Below are positions 29,886 to 38,505 of a stretch of 64,000 nt of DNA, piece after piece. The first letter of the stretch is position 1. Every line of letters begins with the position of its first letter. A program made the position numbers and the translations under genes. Below the pieces are notes generated by a model. It was not told the origin of the DNA and searched no databases. It was given only the letters and a program-made list of their open reading frames with translations. Source of the DNA: Thermoplasmatota archaeon. GTDB lineage: Archaea; Thermoplasmatota; E2; DHVEG-1. The stretch is taken from the NCBI GenBank assembly GCA_025457885.1, contig JALOTN010000007.1:1726-65725 (forward strand), in the 5' to 3' direction.

Positions 29886-30107
29886 TTATTTCTTCACGAT
29901 ATCAGAAGCTACCGACACACACGCGAGGTAATCATCAAGGGTATGCAACAACGAGGAGATCGACTGCGACTCCATCACCGCCTCAAGTGTTTTCCCTACA
30001 ACCTTGGACGAGACGAATTCCTGGTCATCGGCCTGGATGGACCGTAGAATTTTTTTTGCTTGTTGAGGGCTCTCAAACTCCAAATGAAACGTACATCTCG
30101 CTTTCAT
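29886..30107 (-). CDS. pcc1: KEOPS complex subunit Pcc1-like
   Basis: 73 aa. The ISSLLHTLDDYLACVSVASDIV pattern resembles the Pcc1 C-terminal helix. Sits 2 nt downstream of the RecJ-like gene. Confidence 0.5.
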   Translation of the reverse strand: MKARCTFHLEFESPQQAKKILRSIQADDQEFVSSKVVGKTLEAVMESQSISSLLHTLDDYLACVSVASDIVKK

Positions 30108-30108
30108 A

Positions 30109-31452
30109 TCAACCCTTCATCTGCGACACAAGCAGGGAATCAACCTGTTGCAGAAACTCCTGTTCTTTTTCAAACGCAATCGTCGCACCTGCAGCGATCT
30201 TATGACCACCACCATATCCCCCAAGACGTCCTGCCACGGTTTTCATCGCTGCACCCAAGTCCAGACCATTCTTCACCAGTTGTTGGTTCCCCCGGCAGGA
30301 GACATGAATCTCTTTTTCTGTTTCGTTCCGTGTCAAGGAGAACAATGGTTTCTTTTCATCAAGGACATAATTCATGGCGATGCCTGCGACGACACCTCCA
30401 AGGGAAGAATTCTCTGAGTAGAAATACCGCATCCCCGTTGTCTCCTGGATGCCTTTCTCTAATCCGCTGAGTCCATCTAGGAGTTTCTGTTTGTAGTCTT
30501 TCTCCACCTCGAGGGCTTCGTTCCAGATGCTACCATCACCAAGACACAAGGAAAGACCCAGGCTTCGAGACCCGTTCTTTCCACAGGCATCCAGCAGGTC
30601 CGCGAACCGCTCCAGTTCCCAGCCTTGTGATGAATGATACCGTTTTCGTATCGTCAGGTCCAGGATGTTGGGTTGGCAGCCTGCCTTGATTAACACAAAC
30701 ATCAGATACGATTGAATCTTGGTCCATGCATCTGTGGTGAGCTCCTTAAGTGTCGCTGTTGAGGGGACCTGAAGATGATCCAGCAAGGCTTCGATGGCCT
30801 CCCTCCTCCCCGACAGACCTGGATAGTACGGGTCTACGGAATAATACAACGCATCCTCAATCGTCTCCCCATAGAGTTTGATGCTAGTCTTTTCTGTGAG
30901 AAATCCCTTGGATACGGCATTCTCAAGGATGGTTTTATTCCATCCCCGGACTCCACCAATGAACTGTTTATCACCTGTTGCACCAGCCAACGCAAGGGCT
31001 GCGAGATCCTCGTTTGCTGGGTTTACTGCAGTCGCGAACAGATAACAAAGGGTCGCACCAGAGACGTCATAGTTCCCATCAGCACCAAAGAGGTTCGCGT
31101 TGATCTGTCTGATGTTCTTGGATGTCTGAGCAGATAGATACTGATGATGGTCAAGGATGATGGCTTTACAGCCGAGTGATTCAATGGTTTCAAGCTGACC
31201 ACTGCCCATGTCCGAGAAAACAATAAGCTCGTTTTGCTCTGTTTTCAGCCGGTCGAAACCCTTGGTGAATGGATTACGCATCAACGTTGCCTGATAATCA
31301 TAGCCTGCTCGGTACACCGCGGTGCAAAGGACTCCAGCCGCAGCGATCCCATCAGCATCGTAATGGGAGACGATGCGGATTCGTTTTGTCTTGGGTACGG
31401 ACCGCAGCAGCGCTGCAGCGTCCTGGCATGCTTGGGTGATATCTTCCGTCAT
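30109..31452 (-). CDS. DHH/DHHA1 phosphoesterase, archaeal RecJ/Cdc45-like (GAN-type)
   Basis: Has HYDADGIAAAGVL, LDHHQ (DHH) and GGGHKIAAGATI (DHHA1 GGGH). The conserved archaeal context next to the S15 gene is present. Confidence 0.8.
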   Translation of the reverse strand: MTEDITQACQDAAALLRSVPKTKRIRIVSHYDADGIAAAGVLCTAVYRAGYDYQATLMRNPFTKGFDRLKTEQNELIVFSDMGSGQLETIESLGCKAIILDHHQYLSAQTSKNIRQINANLFGADGNYDVSGATLCYLFATAVNPANEDLAALALAGATGDKQFIGGVRGWNKTILENAVSKGFLTEKTSIKLYGETIEDALYYSVDPYYPGLSGRREAIEALLDHLQVPSTATLKELTTDAWTKIQSYLMFVLIKAGCQPNILDLTIRKRYHSSQGWELERFADLLDACGKNGSRSLGLSLCLGDGSIWNEALEVEKDYKQKLLDGLSGLEKGIQETTGMRYFYSENSSLGGVVAGIAMNYVLDEKKPLFSLTRNETEKEIHVSCRGNQQLVKNGLDLGAAMKTVAGRLGGYGGGHKIAAGATIAFEKEQEFLQQVDSLLVSQMKG

Positions 31453-31514
31453 AGCAGGTACTCTACAGAACGAAAAACAAATTCCAGGCTAAAAAGATAC
31501 TGGATGGTTTTTTT

Positions 31515-31970
31515 TTATTCGAACATCAGCTTTGCTTGTTCTAAGCTGTATTTCCAACCCTCTGGAAGCCGGTGTTCACGACGATAATATTTCATGAGAC
31601 GGCGGATTTTTGATTCGGTGAGCGACAGGTTCCGTTTTGTTTTAAAATCCTTCGAATGCTGATCAATGTGCTTCTTGAGTTTCAACGCGGTTTTGATGAG
31701 ATTCTGTAAATCCTCAGGGATCTCCTGGGTTATCTTATTCTGCTCCAGGATCTGTGTGATGGTTTTTCCAGTCGCGATTTTCACATCTGGGACCGCGTAT
31801 TGGTCACGGAGAATCATGCCGATCTCGCTGGTGGTTTTCTCTGCTTTTGCTAGTTCCATGATGCGTCCTTCGATTTCTCGGGGATTAAGGGAACTCCACT
31901 CCGGGTGTTTCTCCCGCATGGGGTGGGTAGAACCTGATTTTCCTTTTGTTCTTGCGTGCATTCGTGCCAT
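31515..31970 (-). CDS. rps15: 30S ribosomal protein S15 (uS15, S13e-type)
   Basis: Has MARMHARTKGKSGSTHP... and the C-terminal S15 fold motif LTESKIRRLMKYY. Confidence 0.9.
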   Translation of the reverse strand: MARMHARTKGKSGSTHPMREKHPEWSSLNPREIEGRIMELAKAEKTTSEIGMILRDQYAVPDVKIATGKTITQILEQNKITQEIPEDLQNLIKTALKLKKHIDQHSKDFKTKRNLSLTESKIRRLMKYYRREHRLPEGWKYSLEQAKLMFE

Positions 31971-32048
31971 TCTTTACACTCCGCGTTTGATTCTTAAGGG
32001 GTTTTCGTAATAAACTACTCGTATATAAAAGTAAAGGTCGTAGATTTT

Positions 32049-33863
32049 TTACTCTGATATATGGTGGTGATTTCGGAAAACCATGAGAAATGAGACGATA
32101 TCATACAGCATTGGATGATACTGGAGCAGTGGTACGAGCCATTGGAAAAAAACCCCGTGGGTTGATTGTTTTTGTGTTGGGGTGATTAGGGAGACGGGGA
32201 TCATCTGGTAATCGGTGGGGTTTTGTTGGTTTTCCACTCTGATGTATCCTTCGAAATCTGTATCCTGCTGGTCGGGGGCAATGACGGTGACAGCGACAGT
32301 AACGGTTCCGTCCTCTGGGGTCAATCCTGTTCCTGACTCAGGGAGGAACGACCAGGTCCCCCAGGTGAGAGCGGAGGTGTTGATGGACCAGGAGAGCAGG
32401 GAACCAACGTCCCCGATGTTCTGTACCTGGAACGATCCTATCACCATGCTTCCTGGTTGGACATTGGTCCAGGAAAGGCTTCCGATGCAATCAAGGTTCG
32501 GGGTATCTGGCCCAGGGGGTGCTTCTGGGGGGATGTAGACGATTTTGAAGACGTTGTTGAACGCAGGGCTTGGGTAAGGGTTCACGTACTCCCAGACGGT
32601 CGACCCTGTGGGGGTGACTTCGAAGAACCGCCCTGCGACGCCATCGCAGATGAGGGTGTTGCCGCTGGTGAGTCGTTCCGCACCGGAGATGATTCCTGCG
32701 TTGAAGCTCTGTGGGGGGTCTGCGGTATAGATCCATGTCTGCGAGAGGGGGCCATAGGAGGAGCCTGATTCAAGATAATAAGTGCCTGATGCATCAACCG
32801 GGGGAGCGATCTCTTCGACTGAGGAGTACCATCCGCCAGGACGGCCTGCTCCGTTGTTGAACACTAAAATATTGCCTGCGCCGGGACATCCCGGTCGTAT
32901 CCAGGTCGCATCATGTTGGCCATAGAATTTCTGATCAGTACTCTCTCCTGCTCGGTACGCGGCAGGGTTGCCCCAGCGGTAGAGCAGGTCGCCGCCCTTC
33001 CCGCTGTTCCCTCCGGTATGACCCATGGCTTCCTCGGTGGTGGTGCTATGGTCAATCACCCAGATTTCGTTGAAGTTATGGACACTGAGGAGGATTTGGT
33101 CGAACTGCTCGTTGTAGTCCACGGAGTTAGTATGCAACCAATCGCTTAGTGACATCAGGTCATTGGCATAGTTGAGGTCCACTAGTTCCGGATGGTCCGC
33201 CACTACACCGTAATTAGGTTTGGATGGATCATAATCCTGGATGAGATGGTCCCAGACGTGCCATTCCCAGACAATGTCTCCGCTGGTTGGACCTGTCGGG
33301 TGCACCTCAATGATGTGATCTGGCATAAAACCACTGCTTGAGACGTAATTTGGGTTGCGTCCTGCGGCGATTGCTTCTTGACGGGTTTTTGTCTCCCAGG
33401 CGATCATCAGGACATTCCCATTCGAAAGAGGCAGGACATCATGATGGGTGAGGCGTCCGTCGGTATCATAGCGGAAATCCCATTCAATGGTGCCATCCCA
33501 GTGGACTTTCTGAACACCCCCACCAGATCCTCCGCCTCCGCCAGCAAAACCGGTTTTAATCGTCCGAAGGATCGTTCCCTCACCAAGCCAGCGGACCGCC
33601 TCCCCGGGAAGAAATGTACTTGACCAGGTGTGATTCACCGCTCCTGATGGATGGATGAGATACGTCGTTCCACTATCCATTGGTGAAAAGAGGATTTGAC
33701 CATCAATGCTGGTTGATGGGAAGACTGTAGCATGGCGGGTATCTTGGGATGTTGAGAGAGGAATCAGGTTTGATGCACTAAGTAAAAATATAACGAACGT
33801 CACCTGCAGAGGAGCAGAAAGAAAAAATCCTTTCAAGGAAGGTGGCGTTCTTGTTTTTTGCAC
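32049..33863 (-). CDS. Secreted arylsulfotransferase (ASST)-like beta-propeller protein with C-terminal beta-sandwich and helical tail
   Basis: Paralog of 22688-24688 (HHDVLPLSNGNVL, WEWHVWDHLIQDYDP, VIDHSTTTEEA). N-terminal signal/anchor is present. Confidence 0.6.
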   Translation of the reverse strand: MQKTRTPPSLKGFFLSAPLQVTFVIFLLSASNLIPLSTSQDTRHATVFPSTSIDGQILFSPMDSGTTYLIHPSGAVNHTWSSTFLPGEAVRWLGEGTILRTIKTGFAGGGGGSGGGVQKVHWDGTIEWDFRYDTDGRLTHHDVLPLSNGNVLMIAWETKTRQEAIAAGRNPNYVSSSGFMPDHIIEVHPTGPTSGDIVWEWHVWDHLIQDYDPSKPNYGVVADHPELVDLNYANDLMSLSDWLHTNSVDYNEQFDQILLSVHNFNEIWVIDHSTTTEEAMGHTGGNSGKGGDLLYRWGNPAAYRAGESTDQKFYGQHDATWIRPGCPGAGNILVFNNGAGRPGGWYSSVEEIAPPVDASGTYYLESGSSYGPLSQTWIYTADPPQSFNAGIISGAERLTSGNTLICDGVAGRFFEVTPTGSTVWEYVNPYPSPAFNNVFKIVYIPPEAPPGPDTPNLDCIGSLSWTNVQPGSMVIGSFQVQNIGDVGSLLSWSINTSALTWGTWSFLPESGTGLTPEDGTVTVAVTVIAPDQQDTDFEGYIRVENQQNPTDYQMIPVSLITPTQKQSTHGVFFQWLVPLLQYHPMLYDIVSFLMVFRNHHHISE

Positions 33864-33995
33864 GATTATATCCCCTTATTATCTAGGCTCGTACCATATA
33901 AATAGTTTTTTACCCACGGTAAAGGTCTCTGATGAAATGAGGATCCAACTACCCATAAAGAATATAAATTTCTATCTATTAGCCCGAGGTGTTGC

Positions 33996-35507
33996 GTGCA
34001 GGAGATGACCGTCCACATCTATAATACGCTCACACGGAAAAAAGACCCGTTTACCTCCATCGAGCCGGGGAGGGTGAAGATGTATGTCTGCGGGATGACC
34101 GTGTACAGCGATGCCCATATCGGCCATGCGCGAACCTATGTCGCGTTTGATGTGATCCGTCGATACTTCGAATACAAAGGAAACACCGTGTTGTATGTGC
34201 AGAACATCACCGATGTTGATGATAAGATCATCGCGGCAGCAAACAAACAAGGTATTGATCCCTTGACGTATTCAAAACAGTTCACGGATCGCTGTCTAGC
34301 TGATTTAGACACCCTTGGTGTCCGACGCGCTGATTTATACCCAAAGGCATCGGAGACGATCCCTGAGATGATTCAGATGATTGAACAGATCATCCAGAAC
34401 GACCATGGGTACGTCGCGGATGGGGACGTGTATTTCTCCGTGGAAAGCTTCAGTGACTATGGCAAGCTCTCTGGACAGAATATCACGGAGATGAAGAAGG
34501 GAGCCCGCATTGAACCAGGTGAGCAGAAACGTAATCCACTTGATTTTGCGCTCTGGAAGAAAGCCAAACCCGGGGAGCCTGTCTGGCAGTCCCCCTGGGG
34601 ACCCGGACGACCCGGTTGGCATATCGAATGCTCCGCGATGAGCTGCAGCATCCTAGGACCAACGTTCGATATCCATGGAGGCGGCATGGACCTGCAGTTC
34701 CCTCACCATGAAAATGAGGTAGCCCAGGCACAGGCTGCCACCGGGCAGCAGTTCGCCAGGTTCTGGATGCATATCGGCCTGCTGACGATCAACGGGGAGA
34801 AGATGTCAAAATCACTTGGAAATATCATCAACATCAAGGACCTGTTGCACCGATGGGACGCGGAGGTCCTACGGATGTTTTTTGCTCAAGCCCATTACCG
34901 GAGTCCCCCGGATTTCAGCGAAAAAGCTCTCACCGATGTCGAAAAAGGAAGAGAGCGCCTGTATCGCGTCAAAGAACGACTCCAGGAGTTTGCGCAAGGT
35001 GCTTCCGGGAAAGAAGTCTCTCAAGCATCCTTACAAGACCTCGAACATCAATATCTGTTAACAATCAAGGAAATGCAATGCGAGTTCGAAGCTGCCATGG
35101 ATGATGATTTCAACACCCCTAAGGCATTTGCCTCGCTCTTTGAGTTCGTCAATAAAAGCAACAGGTTCTTCGAACAACAACAAAACCCAAATCCAGACCT
35201 CTGTCAGTACGCTCTGAATGTGTTCTTGAAAGCAGGCATGGTGCTGACCATGTTCCAGCCACAGACGCATCCACCACTGAAAAAACAACAGGATGTACTC
35301 ACCGCACTACAGACACTCCTGCAGACCTATGGCAAAACCCTGCAGACTCCAACGATCGAGACAATTCTGCAGGTGTTACTGGATGCACGACAGGAAGCCC
35401 GTAAGAAGAAGGATTACAAGACAGCAGATGATATCAGAAAGAACCTTGAGTCCCTTGGTTTTGAGATACAGGACACCGCAACGGGTCCTGTCTGGAGGAA
35501 AAAGTAA
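33996..35507 (+). CDS. cysS: Cysteinyl-tRNA synthetase
   Basis: Has HIGHARTY (HIGH) and KMSKSLGN (KMSKS). The start may be the ATG at 34005. Confidence 0.92.
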   Translation: MQEMTVHIYNTLTRKKDPFTSIEPGRVKMYVCGMTVYSDAHIGHARTYVAFDVIRRYFEYKGNTVLYVQNITDVDDKIIAAANKQGIDPLTYSKQFTDRCLADLDTLGVRRADLYPKASETIPEMIQMIEQIIQNDHGYVADGDVYFSVESFSDYGKLSGQNITEMKKGARIEPGEQKRNPLDFALWKKAKPGEPVWQSPWGPGRPGWHIECSAMSCSILGPTFDIHGGGMDLQFPHHENEVAQAQAATGQQFARFWMHIGLLTINGEKMSKSLGNIINIKDLLHRWDAEVLRMFFAQAHYRSPPDFSEKALTDVEKGRERLYRVKERLQEFAQGASGKEVSQASLQDLEHQYLLTIKEMQCEFEAAMDDDFNTPKAFASLFEFVNKSNRFFEQQQNPNPDLCQYALNVFLKAGMVLTMFQPQTHPPLKKQQDVLTALQTLLQTYGKTLQTPTIETILQVLLDARQEARKKKDYKTADDIRKNLESLGFEIQDTATGPVWRKK

Positions 35508-35510
35508 CCC

Positions 35511-35921
35511 ATGAAACGGGTGCTGGTGGGATTTGACGGCTCTGAAGGAGCAGAAAACGCGCTGAACAAAGCAATGATGATTATCGATGATGACGGAGAA
35601 CTCATCCTCCTTGCTATTGTCCCCTTACCCTCTGATAGGAATCTGTTGGATAAAAAAACTCATGAGATCCTCAAGATACGAGCGCATGCGTTGATCAATG
35701 ATGTTATCCATGATCTAGGAACCCATAGTTTCACGATCAACGGGATGATCAAAGAAGGGGAGGATATCGCTGCCGTCCTCATCGACGTGGCAAACGAGAT
35801 TCACTGTGATCTGATCGTCCTGGGAAGCAAAGGCTCCAGCACCCTTGGAAAATACCCGATCGGTAGCGTCGCTAATAAGGTTGTTCAATACGCCGCAAAA
35901 CCCGTCATGGTCGTCCGATAA
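35511..35921 (+). CDS. Universal stress protein (UspA family)
   Basis: Has VLVGFDGSEGAENAL and IVLGSKGSSTLGKYPIGSVANKVVQYAAKPVMVV. Confidence 0.8.
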   Translation: MKRVLVGFDGSEGAENALNKAMMIIDDDGELILLAIVPLPSDRNLLDKKTHEILKIRAHALINDVIHDLGTHSFTINGMIKEGEDIAAVLIDVANEIHCDLIVLGSKGSSTLGKYPIGSVANKVVQYAAKPVMVVR

Positions 35922-35936
35922 AAAAAAAAAAATTAT

Positions 35937-36524
35937 TTATTTTCCTTTGGTCTGATGTGCCCGGATACTCGGACGGATTTTCTCTGCTCCTTTCCCCTTG
36001 TACATCAAGCCTCGACCTTTTTGACCAGCACTGGTCTTTCCCCGCAGCACTCGGCGTCTGTTTGGGAATGCGGAGATCCAATTGATGTTTGCATCATTCA
36101 CAATCGCAGGATGCGCCGGGTCAACCAGGATAACCTCATAATAATGGTACATCCCGTCTTTTCCAACCCAGTAGGAATTTAACACTTCCATGTTCGGATA
36201 ATGAGCAGCCGTCCGCTCCTCAACGATACGTTGCGAATTCTTCGCCGGGGTGATCTTCTTTGTTCCTCGTGCCGATGGCTTTCTGCCACCTTTTATCTGA
36301 TGACGGTTCAACCCACCATGTCGCACCCGCGCTCGAACGATGATGTAGCCTTGTTTTGCTTTATAGCCAAGGGATCGTGCACGATCGATTCGTAAGGGTT
36401 TATCGACCCTCAGGAAATTCTCTTGTCGTCTCCACTGAATCAATCTGTTTTTCTGCGGTGACTTAAACGATGTATCTGGTTTCTTCCATTGCTCACCGAT
36501 ATAATCGTACACACTTTTTACCAT
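35937..36524 (-). CDS. rpl15e: 50S ribosomal protein L15e
   Basis: Has YDYIGEQWKKP, RLIQWRRQ, RARSLGYKAKQGY and HYYEVILVDP. Confidence 0.9.
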   Translation of the reverse strand: MVKSVYDYIGEQWKKPDTSFKSPQKNRLIQWRRQENFLRVDKPLRIDRARSLGYKAKQGYIIVRARVRHGGLNRHQIKGGRKPSARGTKKITPAKNSQRIVEERTAAHYPNMEVLNSYWVGKDGMYHYYEVILVDPAHPAIVNDANINWISAFPNRRRVLRGKTSAGQKGRGLMYKGKGAEKIRPSIRAHQTKGK

Positions 36525-36664
36525 AAATTACACCTGTCATTCTGCTTGATTGTAGGAGGTAAGGAAGGGAAATCTTTATTTAAAACTTTTGCCGCAGGAA
36601 ACCACGACCAATCAACTCACAGCCTGCATGATGAAAAAAGGAAAAAAAAAGAATGAGAGGGTTC

Positions 36665-38336
36665 TTACCCCCGTATCGACCGCAGACCCAGGTTTTGGAG
36701 CAGCTGGGTGATCTGCTGAAGGAAGTACTGCAGTTGGGTCACCTGATGTTTCTGAACACTGACCGGCATGGTCACATCAAGGGTGCCCCAGTCGCTTTCT
36801 ACGCCATAGGTGTCTTTTGCTTTCACCTTAATAGTATAGGTTCCTTCCTCTGCCCATTCATGGGTCGCTGATGCAGATGCCCCGGAGTTGAATGGTCCAA
36901 GCCAACCACTTGTCAGGTTGTCACCCCAATCGACGAAGTAATACACTTGATCCCCATCCTGATCTGTCGTGGACAAGGTATAGAGATATGCGTTCCCTGG
37001 TTCACCCTCGGCTGGACCGGTGATGGTCGGGGTCTCAGGTGGATGATCTGTGGTGATCGTCATCAAAATAGAAGGAGACCAACTGCTTTGCGCGCCATTG
37101 ATGTCCTTTGCTTTTGCTTTGACCGTGTAGGTCCCAACGGTATTCCATGATTTCTGCGCTGACCCTGGTACTCCTGAGTCGTATGGTCCGACCCATCCAC
37201 TATTCGTCCCATCACCCCAGTCAAAGTAATAAAACACGTCCTCTCCATCAGGTTCTGTGGAGACTGCTTCATAGGTGTATGGTTCGTTGATGACTCCGGT
37301 GGTTGGACCGCTCCGCGAGGGTTGCAAGGACGAGTTTTGTGTTCTTCACACCATAGGTCAAGTTAATATGTTCGATCGTGTCCTGTGCGGTATGATAATA
37401 GGGTGTCTCGGTGTACTCGAAGTAGAACAACGCATCATATCCCTCATCCCAGAAGGAGTTATGATCGCTTCCCCAGGTGGATCCCCCATGATGAAGGGTC
37501 AGACTCCCAATATAATCGCTATATTCTGCGTTGACACCGACGGTGTACGTATAGAGCCATTCTGAGGCGGTATTCTCAAACACAATCAAGTTGTTACCAT
37601 CGGTGGTAGTGATCGCATAGCTGATCATGTCACAGTTCAGGACTCCGACGATATCCCAGCCTTGGGCAGCCGCCTCTGCGGCGTACACTGCGCTGCCTAG
37701 TAGTCCTTGTTCTTCCCCTGAGAAGCACACAAACTTAATAGTATGGTTAAATTGGAATTGACTCATGATTAACGCAGCGATGAGTACCGCTGCAGTCCCA
37801 GACGTGTCATCATCTGCCCCAGGACCTGCTGAGACGGTGTCATAATGAGCGCAGATGATGTAGATATCATCGCTTGTCTCATCAGAACCGACCAATGTTG
37901 CCTCCACGTTATCTGAATCATACCCCCAGTTACTCCAATGATGATAACGTACGGCAAGGCCCATATCCGCGAACTGATCGTATATGTATTCTGCTGCGGC
38001 GATGCAGGCAGCACTCTCTGTAGGTCGTGGTCCGTTGGCAGTCAAATCCTCTTCATAACCTAGAAAGATTGATTCATCTACCTGTTCAATCATGCTGATG
38101 ACGACATCATCCATGGTCGCAGGAGTGATCTGTCGGTTTTCTTTTAGGCTTGGTGAGTCTAAGAGGGCATCTGCTGGTGGAATCGATGCGTACGCGGGTG
38201 TTGGTGCTTGAAATCGAGGTGGTGTGACTGTTGGATTTGTTGTTTCACTGGGTTGGATCGGGAGACCAACGACAGGGAAGACAGTCACGATCATCAGCAT
38301 TGATACGACTAGACAAATGATTTTGCTCTTCTTCAT
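36665..38336 (-). pseudogene. M28 aminopeptidase-PKD-PKD secreted protein, split by a frameshift near 37300 (listed ORFs 37269-38336 and 36665-37327)
   Basis: The two ORFs together are colinear with the intact paralog 38506-40227. The frame breaks after ...LVLATLAE; the other frame continues GPTTGVINEPYTYEAVSTEPDGEDV. The linker present in the paralog (LAEAGLLSNPPSTPVINGPDS) is shortened. Confidence 0.65.
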
Positions 38337-38371
38337 ATTTGATTATCCCCAACATATTATACCCGCTGTAG

Positions 38372-38380
38372 TATTTAAAT
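38372..38380 (-). promoter_or_regulatory. TATA-box-like TATTTAAAT upstream of the M28-PKD copy A
   Basis: Centred about 40 nt upstream of the ATG at 38336. A GGGGAT Shine-Dalgarno-like box lies between them. Confidence 0.35.
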
Positions 38381-38505
38381 TTTCATCATAAAACACGGTT
38401 TTTCCTGTGATAAAGGTCCTTGTTGAAGAATTGATTTTTCAGATACTCTATGAACCGTGTAATTCTGAAGGAAGAGGAAAAAAAAAGAAAAAAAGAAGAG
38501 GTTTG

